Below, one piece after another: positions 33,077 to 43,786 of a DNA stretch of 64,000 nt. Each line of letters starts with the position of its first letter. The stretch's first letter is position 1. The position numbers and the translations under genes were made by a program. The notes under the pieces were generated by a model. It saw nothing but the letters and a program-made list of their open reading frames with translations. It was not told the DNA's origin and did no database searches. The stretch is taken from the NCBI GenBank assembly GCA_963662545.2, contig CAXXLL010000002.1:384001-448000 (forward strand), in the 5' to 3' direction. Origin of the DNA: Gammaproteobacteria bacterium (GTDB taxonomy: Bacteria > Pseudomonadota > Gammaproteobacteria > Ga0077536).

Positions 33077-33161
33077 GACCGCTTCAAGCGAATCAGACCG
33101 GAATATTTTACGCCCCATGAATCAAAAAATAGCGGCAAGACTTGCATGCTGTTGGCTGCTA

Positions 33162-34814
33162 TCAGCGTTGGCGGGCAGTAAAGGCGGCCGCGCGTTCGAG
33201 ATCTGCGAGCGAATTAACATCGATCCAATGCCCATGGACATAGATCACGCGAACCGGATTGCCCTGTTCGACAACGTGATTGAGCAGGTCCTGCATGCTC
33301 ATTCGATCGAAATCGTCTGCTTTAGACAAGCTTGTGATTGCGTCGGTGATCCATTCGCGGCCGCGTGCGCGCACGCGCAGCATGCCTATCCAGCGGCCGT
33401 GGGCGTTGGTGCCTCCTTCATTCGCAGCGAGAGAGAGGCGTTGCAGTAGAACGTCCTGGCCCCAAAACGAACGGTCGTCCGGCGCAGAACAATAGGCGTA
33501 ATCCGGCGCGCCCGTCGCCCCGGCGGCATCGAACTGCGAATCGACCACCACCGTCAGTTCGCGCTCGGATTCGAGCAGGCCGCGCAGTACGTACGTACGG
33601 AAAATTAGATCGCCGTACATGATGATCATGTCGTCACAGAAGCGATCAGCAACGCAGACCAGGGAGGCCAGTTCACCAGTCAATTCGTGGCGTTCGTTAA
33701 CGACGAGGTCGATGCCGTTGACGTCGATTCTGTCCGCGCGGTAACCCGCTACAACGGTGATGGAATCGACGCTCTGCTTCTTGCATAGGTCGACCAGGCG
33801 GCGCAGCAGCGGTTTACCGTTGACCGGAAGCATGACCTTGGGCCGGTCGTCGGTCAGGTCTGCAAACTCGTCGCCGCGGCTCGCGGCGAGAATCAGGGCG
33901 CGGGTCGTGCGCTTCGACCCGGAAAAATAGCGGCGCTCCGCATCGGCTAGTTCGTCCGCACCCTGAAGCCGGAAGATTTCTTTGACGCTGACGATTTGAT
34001 CCTCGACGTCGACCAGAGTCTGTTCGTCGTGAAGCCTCCGTGCTGTTTCCTGCATGGCATCTGCAGAACTGCGGATCAGGTGATTCGCCCAAATCGCAAC
34101 GCTGATCTTCGCCTTGCGGAACACCTCGGTCGGTGTGCTGTAGTACTTTGTCGGCACAATGACAAGCGGCGCCCGGTTCGCCCACTCTTCCGCGAACTCC
34201 AATATCTGATGAGGGGTCGATAAACCGCTGTGAATGAGAATGGCGTCGGCGCCTGCCTTGCGATAGGCCTCGGCGCGCAGCATCGCCTCACGGAGGTCCC
34301 ATCCGGCGATGAAGGCCTCGACTCGGGCCACGACGCAGAAGTCGTCATCGCTTTGCGAATCCTTGCCCGCCGCGATCTTTCCGCAGAATTCACCGATCTC
34401 TTCTAGCGCTTGCCGCTCGCCCGCGATGAAACTGTTGGATTTGGGAAAGATCTTGTCCTCGATGCAGACGCCGGCGATATCGCGCTGTTCGAGCTTGTGC
34501 ACCAGACGGCGCATGTTGTTGAAGTTTCCGTATCCCGTATCACCGTCCAGGAGGATTGGTATGTGAGTCGCGTCGGCCATGAACTCGGCCATGCCGACGA
34601 TCTGAGTCCAGCTTGCCTCGTTGTTGTCGCGCACGCCGAATTGCGCCGACAGGGCCAGGCCGCTCGCCCAGATACCCTTGAACCCCGCCTCTTCTACGAT
34701 GCGAGCGCTGATCCCGTTGTGGGCTTCCAGCATGAATTCGAGATCGGTCGACGTGAGCAGATTTCGCAGCTGCGTCGTTTTTCGGGGTCCTGCGGTTTCT
34801 GAATTAGCGGCCAT
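33162..34814 (-). CDS. aepX: Phosphoenolpyruvate mutase fused to a C-terminal nucleotidyltransferase
   Basis: PepM signature [10 protein letters not shown] (EDK-X5-NS), DGDTGYG; C-terminal ILAASRG...RPKVML NTP-transferase domain. Confidence 0.94.
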   Translation of the reverse strand: MAANSETAGPRKTTQLRNLLTSTDLEFMLEAHNGISARIVEEAGFKGIWASGLALSAQFGVRDNNEASWTQIVGMAEFMADATHIPILLDGDTGYGNFNNMRRLVHKLEQRDIAGVCIEDKIFPKSNSFIAGERQALEEIGEFCGKIAAGKDSQSDDDFCVVARVEAFIAGWDLREAMLRAEAYRKAGADAILIHSGLSTPHQILEFAEEWANRAPLVIVPTKYYSTPTEVFRKAKISVAIWANHLIRSSADAMQETARRLHDEQTLVDVEDQIVSVKEIFRLQGADELADAERRYFSGSKRTTRALILAASRGDEFADLTDDRPKVMLPVNGKPLLRRLVDLCKKQSVDSITVVAGYRADRIDVNGIDLVVNERHELTGELASLVCVADRFCDDMIIMYGDLIFRTYVLRGLLESERELTVVVDSQFDAAGATGAPDYAYCSAPDDRSFWGQDVLLQRLSLAANEGGTNAHGRWIGMLRVRARGREWITDAITSLSKADDFDRMSMQDLLNHVVEQGNPVRVIYVHGHWIDVNSLADLERAAAFTARQR

Positions 34815-35541
34815 CGATTTTCGGAAGCATTGTTTTGGCGCGATCGACGTCCGCTGGAAAATCAATCTCTATCCAGGGTAATCCGGTGATGTCTTCCACG
34901 CCGATTTCCTCGGGAAACGCCAGAGCAAGATCCCTCAGCGCCTCTTCATGCGGTTCGTCTGCCCGACCGTCGGCCACGTATGCCGAGACGATCGTGGCGA
35001 GCCTGAGTGCCGTAGCGGCATCGAATTTGAAAAAACCGACCGATTCGCCGATCGAATTATACGTGAGGTCCGATGCAATTTGTTTACGGAACTCGACGAT
35101 GCGCCCGGCGTTCATGCAGATTTTCACCGGCTCGTGACCGGTATCGAACTGCCGATCGAACAAAAAGCAGTTGCGTGATGTACTCTCGACGAGCCGCTCG
35201 AGGATGGCCTGATCATACAGGACGTCAGCATCCGTAATGAGTACGTCATCGCCACTTTTGAGCGCATCTCTGGCTGTCCACAAGCTCAAGATCGAACCGA
35301 GCCGGTATTGGGGATTGTGCAGGGCGAGTACTTTCGGTCCGGGCATGGCCGCAATCTGCGCCTCGATTTGGCTGGACTCGTAGCCGACGCACAGAGTGAC
35401 GTTGCCGACGCCTGCGGCCGCAAGCGCGCTTAAGTGACGCTCGATCAGAGAACGTCCGCCGAAACTCAGCAGGCATTTGGGTAGCGGCGATTCGCGGTTA
35501 AGGCGCTTCCCGACGCCGGCTGCAAGGATGATCGCTTTCAC
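34804..35541 (-). CDS. Phosphocholine/phosphonate cytidylyltransferase-family protein
   Basis: [14 protein letters not shown]...[18 protein letters not shown]; GTG start. Confidence 0.88.
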   Translation of the reverse strand: MKAIILAAGVGKRLNRESPLPKCLLSFGGRSLIERHLSALAAAGVGNVTLCVGYESSQIEAQIAAMPGPKVLALHNPQYRLGSILSLWTARDALKSGDDVLITDADVLYDQAILERLVESTSRNCFLFDRQFDTGHEPVKICMNAGRIVEFRKQIASDLTYNSIGESVGFFKFDAATALRLATIVSAYVADGRADEPHEEALRDLALAFPEEIGVEDITGLPWIEIDFPADVDRAKTMLPKIDGR

Positions 35542-35553
35542 CTCGGCACGAAT

Positions 35554-36285
35554 CTAGCGGCGCGAACGGCCAGAGAAAACCTGCCGGAAACCGAAATACG
35601 CGATCGCGTCCTTCATATTGGAGACGAAGCGCCGCAGCGGATGCATGCCGCGATCCGTGACGTATTCAAAGGTCAGCGCGATCCGCCGTTCACCCTGACC
35701 GCAGGGCGAGATCCGGTGATACAGTTTGTCGCCATTGAAGAACACGAAGGATCCCGGCAACAGCGAGATCTCACCGCGAACTGTTTCGCATTCGAAATTC
35801 TCGCGAAACAGCTCGTATTCCAATCGGCAGCTCGATTCTTCGACGAGACCGATCAGGGCAGTGTAACGTTGGCCCTTGTAATACGACGTGTCGTAATGGA
35901 AACCGATGTTATCGCCGGGCTCCGTGTAATAGTAGAGCGCGTAGGTGTGTGGATCGTCATCCGCGCAGAACAACAGTTCCCGTCCACACAAGGTATGCAT
36001 GAACGATGCGAGTTCCGGCGCACGGTAGAGCGCCGCGAATGCCGATGCATGGCGGTCGAGGTCGAAGCGGGAGATGCTGCCGCCCTTCTTGTGTCCGGGA
36101 ATAAAATTCCGGTGAATGCGAGGAGCGAGCGAGGGTAGAGCCGCCAGGAGGGGATCGAGCAAATGTCGCGGAAGGAAGTCCGGAATCATTATGAATTCGT
36201 CGTTGGCTAGGAATTCCGCGCGCAATGCGGCCGCGTCGAGGCTCGCAAGATGTCTGGCGAAAGGCGTGGGATCCCCGGCGTGCAT
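35554..36285 (-). CDS. Fe(II)/2-oxoglutarate-dependent oxygenase
   Basis: HxD (FHYDT), distal His (LYHRI), Arg (ERRIAL). Confidence 0.78.
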   Translation of the reverse strand: MHAGDPTPFARHLASLDAAALRAEFLANDEFIMIPDFLPRHLLDPLLAALPSLAPRIHRNFIPGHKKGGSISRFDLDRHASAFAALYRAPELASFMHTLCGRELLFCADDDPHTYALYYYTEPGDNIGFHYDTSYYKGQRYTALIGLVEESSCRLEYELFRENFECETVRGEISLLPGSFVFFNGDKLYHRISPCGQGERRIALTFEYVTDRGMHPLRRFVSNMKDAIAYFGFRQVFSGRSRR

Positions 36286-36456
36286 GCGGATAATTTTGAA
36301 ATACGTACGGTGTTAAATCGCGACGCAAGGTTACTGTGGAGAGCCTTTACCCGCAACCGGTCTTGGTAGAAGGCGTGGGCGTGTGAGATAGTCCTGCCCC
36401 TTCGAAGAGTCCCGACGCAGTATCTCCGTCATGGCCCACCCCGCGCTCAGCACACA

Positions 36457-37473
36457 ATGATGGTTCGGTTTACCAAATTCATATTTTTGTTTGTCGGAAT
36501 CGCGCTGCTCGTCACTGTGCTGCTCGAAACGGATCTCAACGAGTTGTGGATCGCGGTATCGCGCGTCGGAGTCCTGGGCATGATGACCGTCATGCTCGTC
36601 TACGCACTTTATTTCGGAGCGGATGCAATCAGCTGGCAAATCACCCTGCCCGCAGTCGAAATCGATCGGCGCTGGATCGGCCGCATGTTCGTCGTTCGTA
36701 TGATCGGCGAAGCTTATAACAACATCACGCCCACCGCTTCGCTAGGCGGGGAGCCGATCAAGGCGTGGTTGCTCAAGGTCAACTGGGGCGTTCCACTTCG
36801 CGAATCCGGGGCCTCGCTGGTGATCGCAAAAACGACGAGCATGTTTTCCCTGGTCGTCTTCGTTGCCGTCGGCGTCTTCATGATGTTCGGGCATCCCGAG
36901 GTTACGGCGGCGCACAAATCAGTTGCCGTTTGGGGTTTGAGCATCATCGTAATCGCGGCCATCGTGTTTTTTCTGATGCAGCATCTCAAACTTTCCACGT
37001 ACATCGCACGTAAGCTTGGGCGCAGCCGATTTGAACAGCGGCTTGCCGGCGTGATCCGCGCGGTCGAGGACATCGATCGACAGTTCGCGAGTTTCTACAG
37101 CGAACACGGTGTGAGATTGTGGTGGTCTTCGTTGTTCGCGATGGCGAACTGGGTGTTGGGCGTCGTCGAGGTCTATCTGATCATGGATTTCATCGGCTAC
37201 CCAGCGAGCTTCACCGAAGCCTGGATGATCGAATGCATGGTACAACTCGTGCGGACGATCACTTTCTTTATTCCGGCCGGCCTCGGGACACAGGAGGGTG
37301 CGTTTCTAATTGGCGTTGGGGTGTTGACGGGCGCGCCGTCCGCGGGCGTCGCCACAGCGCTCGTACGCCGCTTCCGTGACCTGATATGGATTGGCTTGAG
37401 CCTGTTTCTGGCGACTTTCTATTCCGTGACACCGGCGCACGTCGCGCGCGAGGAGCTGGACTCGGCTGACTGA
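36457..37473 (+). CDS. LPG-synthase-TM / flippase-like membrane protein (HpnL-like)
   Basis: Multi-TM, NNITPTASLGGEPIK and FFIPAGLGTQEG motifs. Confidence 0.75.
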   Translation: MMVRFTKFIFLFVGIALLVTVLLETDLNELWIAVSRVGVLGMMTVMLVYALYFGADAISWQITLPAVEIDRRWIGRMFVVRMIGEAYNNITPTASLGGEPIKAWLLKVNWGVPLRESGASLVIAKTTSMFSLVVFVAVGVFMMFGHPEVTAAHKSVAVWGLSIIVIAAIVFFLMQHLKLSTYIARKLGRSRFEQRLAGVIRAVEDIDRQFASFYSEHGVRLWWSSLFAMANWVLGVVEVYLIMDFIGYPASFTEAWMIECMVQLVRTITFFIPAGLGTQEGAFLIGVGVLTGAPSAGVATALVRRFRDLIWIGLSLFLATFYSVTPAHVAREELDSAD

Positions 37474-37525
37474 AGGCGGTGCCTCGAATTTCTCTCTACG
37501 GATCTTCGAGCTTAGGGTAAGGCGA

Positions 37526-38518
37526 TCAGGGCACCATACCGCGCAACCGAAACCAGGCCAACGCGTCCTCGATCGCGGTGCGGCCCGGGCGCGCAGTGTA
37601 GCCGAGTTCTTTTTCGGCGCGAACCGATTCGAAGTACATCTTCTTGGCGGCCATACGTAATCCGTCGATCGTGGCCTGCGGCTCCGGACCGTCGGTGATC
37701 CGCGCCCATAGTTCCGAGATCCATGCGATCGGATAAACCGCGAGTCGGGGTAGCCGCACCATCGGTTTGCGGCGCCCGCAGCACTCGGCGACGATCTCCA
37801 AGATCTCACGCAAAGACAGATCGTCGCCGCCGAGGATGTAGCGGCGTCCAACCACGCCTTTTTCGAAGGCGAGCAGGTGTCCGCGAGCTACGTCATCGAC
37901 GTGGGCGATATTGAGACCGGTGTCGACGTAGGCGGGAATGCGTCCGAGCGCAGCGTCCCGCACGATACGTCCGGTGGGCGTCGGCTTGATGTCGCGTGGC
38001 CCGATCGGCGTCGACGGATTGACGATCACGGCTGGCAGCGATGCCGAGGATACGAGTTCGTCGACCACCGCCTCGGCCAGGAATTTCGAACGCTTGTAGT
38101 GCCCGATCATGTCGTCCAGGCTCACGGGCGTGTCTTCGTTGGCCGGACTGTCGTCGCGCTTGAGCCCGAGGGTTGCGACGCTGCTGGTATAGACGATGCG
38201 TTTCACGCCTGCTTCGAGCGCCGCCCGCATGATGGACCGTGTGCCATCGACATTACTGTGGTAGAGCACCTTTGGGTCGCGCACCCAGAGGCGATAATCC
38301 GCGGCGACATGGTAGAGCGCGTCGCAGCCGCGGCACGCCCCTGCGAGCGATGCGGGATCGCGCAGATCGCCCAGGCAGACCTCGAGCGCGAGCCCCTCAA
38401 TGTTGAAACGGTCGCTGTCCGGACGGGTCAGTACACGCACGGCATGCCCCGCGTCCAGCAGCAACCTGACCACCGCGCTGCCCAGAAACCCCGTCGCACC
38501 CGTGACCAGGGTCGTCAT
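37526..38518 (-). CDS. hpnA: Hopanoid-associated sugar epimerase/dehydratase HpnA
   Basis: TGATGFLG, HVAADYRLW, GHYKRSKF, GPRDIKPTPTG. Confidence 0.9.
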   Translation of the reverse strand: MTTLVTGATGFLGSAVVRLLLDAGHAVRVLTRPDSDRFNIEGLALEVCLGDLRDPASLAGACRGCDALYHVAADYRLWVRDPKVLYHSNVDGTRSIMRAALEAGVKRIVYTSSVATLGLKRDDSPANEDTPVSLDDMIGHYKRSKFLAEAVVDELVSSASLPAVIVNPSTPIGPRDIKPTPTGRIVRDAALGRIPAYVDTGLNIAHVDDVARGHLLAFEKGVVGRRYILGGDDLSLREILEIVAECCGRRKPMVRLPRLAVYPIAWISELWARITDGPEPQATIDGLRMAAKKMYFESVRAEKELGYTARPGRTAIEDALAWFRLRGMVP

Positions 38519-39126
38519 CGGCTTAGCCGACTTCGTGATTGCATGGCGCGGAAGTATTGGACGGCCACGATCGCGCACGCCACCGGGGCACCGACTGCCG
38601 CCGCACACAGGAACCATTCGAGCGAACCGCTGAGCGTCACCGCGGGCATCAAATACAGCACATCTTCGGCTTCGAACCCGGCCCACTGCGGCTGCCGGGT
38701 AGCCGTTTTGCCGAGATGATTCTCCAAATCGTTCCGCAAATGAAAGATGGCCGCCACAGTGACCCCCGCGACTGCGCCCATGATCGCCGCTTTTGTGCCT
38801 AAGCTGCCTTGTGTAAGCCCGATACCGATGCCGACGAACATGCCAACCGTGACGAGAGCATCCGAGGCCAGGTCGAAATAGTGCCCGAAGCGGCTCGTCT
38901 TGCCACTCAAGCGCGCCAGTTCACCATCCGTGTGGTCGAGAAAATTGGAAACCACGATCAACAGCGCCGCGAGATTGGGTGACTCGCCGCGCGCAAAGCA
39001 GGCGGCCCCGGCGAGGCCGACGAGCAGTCTCAGGCCCGTCAAATGATTCGGATGGACGAACCGCGAGCCGACGAATGGCGTGACGATAAAAGATGCGATA
39101 CGTGCATCCCAGGGCTTGCGATTCAC
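38515..39126 (-). CDS. CDP-alcohol phosphatidyltransferase-family protein
   Basis: PNHLT and DHTDGELAR...SRFGHYFDLASD signature; GTG start overlaps the hpnN stop. Confidence 0.9.
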   Translation of the reverse strand: MNRKPWDARIASFIVTPFVGSRFVHPNHLTGLRLLVGLAGAACFARGESPNLAALLIVVSNFLDHTDGELARLSGKTSRFGHYFDLASDALVTVGMFVGIGIGLTQGSLGTKAAIMGAVAGVTVAAIFHLRNDLENHLGKTATRQPQWAGFEAEDVLYLMPAVTLSGSLEWFLCAAAVGAPVACAIVAVQYFRAMQSRSRLSR

Positions 39127-41756
39127 GATGCCACGCGCTCTACTTTGACAAAGCGCTCGAGCAGTGCCGGTAACACGACCAGCGTGCACAGGATGGTCAG
39201 GGTCAGACCGATGGTGAGCATCACGCCCATGCTTGCCGTACCCGCATGCGTTGAAACCGCGAGGTTGCCGAAACTCGCGGTGGTCGTCAAAGCGCTGAAC
39301 AGGACAGCGCGTGCAGTGCTGGTCTTCAGCAGCGGGCCGTCGCCGGGACCGGGGGTCTTGTAGCGGTGCAGGATGTGCAGAGCGCTATCGACGCCGATCC
39401 CCATGAGGAGCGGCAACGCGATGATATTCGCGAAGTTGAACGACATGCCCGCCCACACGGTGGCGGCCGTCGTCAGTAAACCGGCCAGCAACAGGGGGGC
39501 CATGACGACGAGGACTTCCGCAATGCGCCGCAGTATGAAGAAGAGCACCAGTGCAATCAGTATAAAAGCCGAGGCGAATGCCTGGTAAAAGGCGCCCGTG
39601 ACCGCGCGACTCGCCTCGATATTGATCACCGGCGTGCCGGTCGCCGCAGGTCCCGTAATGGCCCGTACGGCGTCGACGAATGCCGCGAGCCGGTCGTTGT
39701 CGTCGAGGTTTTGCGCCGGGAGAATCTCGAGCCGGAAAAGGCCGTCATCGCTGATCCAGCGCCGCCGGAGATCCTCGGGAAGCGACGCGATATCGATCGG
39801 CGACGCCGCTAGCCCCTCGGAAATCAGCGTGAGTTGAGGCGCGAAATGGCGCATGAGTTTGTCTTCGAGCGCGATTAACAAAGCCGGCGCCTGGTCTGCT
39901 CCCGCGGATTCGACCGCGACCTCCAGGCGCTTCAACGCGAGCGCTAGCGCTGCTGCCGCTCGCGCTAGCGATGCGCTGGCGCTGTTGGCAATCGCATCGC
40001 AGCGACGGCTGAGTTTTCTAGCGAGCGCGGTGATATCGCCTGCGACAAGCGGGTGTGGCTCTTGGAGTTCGAGATCGGGTCCGACGACGAAAGCGAGATC
40101 CTCGATAAGGGCGAGTTTTTGTTCTTGCTCGGACGGCACCAGATCGAATGCCGTCCGCACGTTCAGAACAGCGGGGCTCTCCTCGAGTCGAGCAGCCAGT
40201 TCCAGGGCGGGGTCGGCGGACGCGGCGACCACGTCGATTGCGTAGAGTTCGGCATCGCCGTCGTCCAGAAGATCCGTCAAGGTCGTCACCGATTCGGCAG
40301 CGGGATCGTTGAGGTGGATGGGATTGTGGTCGAATTCCGCGAATGGCACGGTCAAGGCCGCCGCGAGCGCGAGTAAGAACGTCCCGGCCAGGATGATCGA
40401 CGGTCCGCGCTGCGGCCGTTCGGCGATGAGCTGGACTTTTCGCCGAGCATCAGCTCTAGGCGCGGGTAAGGCTTGCAGCAGCGCCGGCAGGATCGTAAAG
40501 CTGCAGCCCAGCCCGATGAACATCCCGACGCCCGAGATCAGACCGAGCTCCGCGACACCGCGGTAGTCCGTCGGGATAAACGCGAAGAACGCGATCGCGG
40601 TCGTTATCGCGCACAGGATAATGGATGTTCCAATGTGACGCGATGCATGAGAAATGGCGCGAACCTTATCGGTTGAGATGGACATTTCGCGGTAGCGCAG
40701 GCAGATGTGAATGGCGAAATCCACGCCCAGCCCCACGTAGAGTACGGCGAATGCGATCGAGATCATGTTCAGCGTGCCGACTGCCGCGACCGCAAAGCTC
40801 GCGGTAAAGATCAGACCGATGATCAGGGTGAGCAGGGTTGCCGCGACGAGACTCAAGGAGCGCAGGCCGACGATGAGGCAAATAGCCACCATGGCAAAAG
40901 CGAGCACGCCGGCCCGTTCGGCGCCCCGCACTACGCTCTTCATCTCGTCATAGCTCAGCGCGGCGGCGCCGGTGAGACGGACGCGAACGCCCGATCCCTC
41001 GGTAAAGCCCATCGACTCGACGGTGCTGCGTATCGATGTAATCGCCGCTTCGCCCGGCAGAATGCTGCTGAAATCGAGCCGCGGCTGTACTGTGAAAATG
41101 ACGCGCGAAGTATCGGCAACGGACTCGCCCAGCATCAAGGTCTGCCACGACATGGGCGTCGGGTCGCCGTCAAGGTAGGCGTTGATGGCGTCTGCGGTGG
41201 CGCGGAAAACAGGGTCGAGCCGGAGTTCGGGCGCCTGATCCCTGGTCTCGGCGGCTTCGAGGAGTAATGTCATGAATCCACGCAACCCGGGGTCCGGCGC
41301 GAGGCGTGCGAGAAACGGCTGTGCGGCGCTGATTTCGTCCGCGAGTGTCTGCAGGGCGTCGGTGTCAAGGTAGAGGAATTGATTGCGACGAAAGAATTCG
41401 ATGCCGGCCGGATGAAAGACGCCGGCCGCGGTGAATTCGTTTTCGGCCAGGCGCCGGGCGAGCGCATCGGACGCTTGGCGCGCGAGGTCGGGCGTCGTTC
41501 CGTCGACGACCACGACGATGGTGTCGGTGAAAAAAGGAAATGCGGTTTTGAAATTCCTGTACGCCACTCGCCAGGGGAGACGATCGGACAGCATGTCCTG
41601 GGTATCGGTGTTGATGCGCACATTAGAGACGGTGTACGACGCACCGGTGCCGGCGAGGACCAGCGCGAAAATCAAGGTCGCGAGCCAGTGCCGTTGCGCG
41701 GCGCCGACTATTTTCTCAATCAGGTCCGGAGCGAGCAGCTCGAAGCGGTTGCGCAT
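39123..41756 (-). CDS. hpnN: MMPL/RND hopanoid transporter HpnN
   Basis: Two TM bundles with GLGVDFAIH and GIGVDSALH, SALTTTASFGNL. Confidence 0.88.
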   Translation of the reverse strand: MRNRFELLAPDLIEKIVGAAQRHWLATLIFALVLAGTGASYTVSNVRINTDTQDMLSDRLPWRVAYRNFKTAFPFFTDTIVVVVDGTTPDLARQASDALARRLAENEFTAAGVFHPAGIEFFRRNQFLYLDTDALQTLADEISAAQPFLARLAPDPGLRGFMTLLLEAAETRDQAPELRLDPVFRATADAINAYLDGDPTPMSWQTLMLGESVADTSRVIFTVQPRLDFSSILPGEAAITSIRSTVESMGFTEGSGVRVRLTGAAALSYDEMKSVVRGAERAGVLAFAMVAICLIVGLRSLSLVAATLLTLIIGLIFTASFAVAAVGTLNMISIAFAVLYVGLGVDFAIHICLRYREMSISTDKVRAISHASRHIGTSIILCAITTAIAFFAFIPTDYRGVAELGLISGVGMFIGLGCSFTILPALLQALPAPRADARRKVQLIAERPQRGPSIILAGTFLLALAAALTVPFAEFDHNPIHLNDPAAESVTTLTDLLDDGDAELYAIDVVAASADPALELAARLEESPAVLNVRTAFDLVPSEQEQKLALIEDLAFVVGPDLELQEPHPLVAGDITALARKLSRRCDAIANSASASLARAAAALALALKRLEVAVESAGADQAPALLIALEDKLMRHFAPQLTLISEGLAASPIDIASLPEDLRRRWISDDGLFRLEILPAQNLDDNDRLAAFVDAVRAITGPAATGTPVINIEASRAVTGAFYQAFASAFILIALVLFFILRRIAEVLVVMAPLLLAGLLTTAATVWAGMSFNFANIIALPLLMGIGVDSALHILHRYKTPGPGDGPLLKTSTARAVLFSALTTTASFGNLAVSTHAGTASMGVMLTIGLTLTILCTLVVLPALLERFVKVERVAS

Positions 41757-41772
41757 GCGGACACAGCCGGTC

Positions 41773-42453
41773 TTATTGACCGAGGGCGCGAGCGGCCTCG
41801 GCGAGCCGGGCCAGCGCTGCCCGATACCAGGCCGCAAGTTTCAACAAGGGGAAGATTTCGCCGGGGTCACTCATCAAATGGCAGACCATTGCGGTCAATC
41901 TGCGCCGTCCATTCGCGTCGAGCGCCTTTTCCGCGGCGGCCGGGAGAGTGAAACCGGCCGGATCGACAATACACCGGATGGCCGCGAATTTGGCGTTCGC
42001 CGAATTCGCCACGCGGGCGATGGCGGCGGATTCCATATCAACGGCGTCGGCGACGTGCGTTGCGTACAAGTCGGCCTTGTCGCGGACCGAGGCAATCGCG
42101 CGAGGCGCGGTGTAGAACGCCCCGGTTGCGGCTGCAAGCGGCGCCAAGCGGATGAGAAGCTCCCGCCGCAGGCCGTTATCCGTTGCGCGTCTTTTGCCGC
42201 TGTCAGAGACGGTAGCACTCCCGATCAGGAGCTGAACGGGATCCATTGCCGGATTCAAACCGCCGGCGAGTCCCCAGCTCAACAGCGCTTCACAGCCGGC
42301 GCCGAGCAGTTCCTCCGCCGCGCGCGTGGCATTTTCGATGCCTGGCCCGGCAAGCTTGAGGATGGGTTCATGAATGCCGAGGAAGCGGGGTGCGCATCCG
42401 GAGAATGCCCGGGCTTCCTGATCGAGCGCAGCGATGACGCCGATCCGCATCAA
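41773..42453 (-). CDS. hpnG: Nucleoside phosphorylase-family protein HpnG
   Basis: LLSWGLAGGL, AVDMESAA, AIRCIVD; hopanoid context. Confidence 0.82.
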   Translation of the reverse strand: MMRIGVIAALDQEARAFSGCAPRFLGIHEPILKLAGPGIENATRAAEELLGAGCEALLSWGLAGGLNPAMDPVQLLIGSATVSDSGKRRATDNGLRRELLIRLAPLAAATGAFYTAPRAIASVRDKADLYATHVADAVDMESAAIARVANSANAKFAAIRCIVDPAGFTLPAAAEKALDANGRRRLTAMVCHLMSDPGEIFPLLKLAAWYRAALARLAEAARALGQ

Positions 42454-42507
42454 AGCACACTGCAGCGGACGGATCGGACGATCGTTACCTGCGGATCGCA
42501 GGCCGGG

Positions 42508-43590
42508 TCAAGGGGCAAGATGAGTCCCCGCGATCTCGGCCACGCTGGCGAGGGGGGTCGCGATCTGGCGTTGCGGGAGGCCGGCCGAGCTGAGTTCAAA
42601 CAAAGCGCGCAAGCGGCGATGGGAAGAAACCAACAGGTTGGTCGTTGCCACCGTCACCTTGACCGCGCGGCGTGAGATCTTCACTTCGTCACCACTCGAA
42701 AAACCGCGATTGCGGTCGAGCTTGCGCAAGGTCAATACGGCCATGCCGAGAGCCCACAAGCAGAACCGTCGTACGCCCGCTTCACCGCGCGGGAGAATCA
42801 GCGTGTAGCGCAGCGCATTGCGCAGGTGCCCGTGCGCCGTGGCAATGAGTTGCCCCAGACCCTCCTCGAATTGGGGTCCGCCCATCCCGGGCTTGACGCG
42901 GCTCAAGGTGACGCCTTTCTTCTCGAAGATATCCCGCGGTAGCCAGCACGCGCCGCGCGCACGGTCATCCCAGATGTCTTTCAGGATGTTGGTCATCTGC
43001 AGGCCCTGGCCGAACGAAACCGCGAGCTGCATCATTTCCTTTTCCCGCGGCTTGAGTTCCGTACAGTAATCACAGAACAGTGACGTCAACATCTCGCCGA
43101 CGACGCCCGCAACGTAATAGCAATACCGATCCATAGCCGCCTGGTCATCGACGCCGTCGAGCGTTTCCTGATCCTGGTAGAACACCATCCCCTCGGCCAT
43201 GATGCGCACGCAGCGCGCCATCGCCACGCGCTGGGTATCGTTCAGTCCATGGGTGATACGAATGACGCGGGCCGTTTCACGGATCAATTCCCGTTCAGCC
43301 GCGCTCGCGTGGCCGGCGAGCCGCGGCGCCAGTTCTTCGGCGAAGGCTTGGGCCGCGCTTTCACCCTCGACGATCGCGATAAAGCGTTCTGAAAACGCGC
43401 GTTTGTCGGCGACGGAGAGGTCGGCGTCATCCTCGATGGTGTCGGCGATGCGGCACAGCAGATAGGCGTTGGACACCGCGCGGCACAGCGCGTCCGGCAA
43501 CTGCGGGATGGTCAGCGCGAACGTGCGTGACACCCCCTGCAGGATATGCTGTTGGAATTCCTCGTCTTTTCTGCTTTGGGCAGTGTCCAT
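42508..43590 (-). CDS. Squalene synthase (single-subunit FPP farnesyltransferase type)
   Basis: VSRTFAL, YLLCRIADTIEDD, YCYYVAGVVG, GLQMTNILKD, VKISR. Confidence 0.88.
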   Translation of the reverse strand: MDTAQSRKDEEFQQHILQGVSRTFALTIPQLPDALCRAVSNAYLLCRIADTIEDDADLSVADKRAFSERFIAIVEGESAAQAFAEELAPRLAGHASAAERELIRETARVIRITHGLNDTQRVAMARCVRIMAEGMVFYQDQETLDGVDDQAAMDRYCYYVAGVVGEMLTSLFCDYCTELKPREKEMMQLAVSFGQGLQMTNILKDIWDDRARGACWLPRDIFEKKGVTLSRVKPGMGGPQFEEGLGQLIATAHGHLRNALRYTLILPRGEAGVRRFCLWALGMAVLTLRKLDRNRGFSSGDEVKISRRAVKVTVATTNLLVSSHRRLRALFELSSAGLPQRQIATPLASVAEIAGTHLAP

Positions 43591-43786
43591 TTCGATTTGC
43601 CGCACGGTTGTGGTCTAGCGCGCGAGAAATTCTACACCGGACGGCTAATGACCGCAGCCTGGGCCAAAATAGGCGGGCTAAGCGACTGTCAATCAACGAT
43701 ACTTTCAAAATTGGACGAGCATTGCCAAGCGGAGTGAATTTCGGCGCCGGCATTTCGTCAAATTACTGACTGGAAGGAACGCGAGA

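Noticed and set aside
41431-42675. Long + strand ORF (414 aa) and similar antisense ORFs (29103-30200, 43955-44878, 8379-9161)
   Set aside because: Shadows of well-supported genes on the opposite strand in GC-rich DNA
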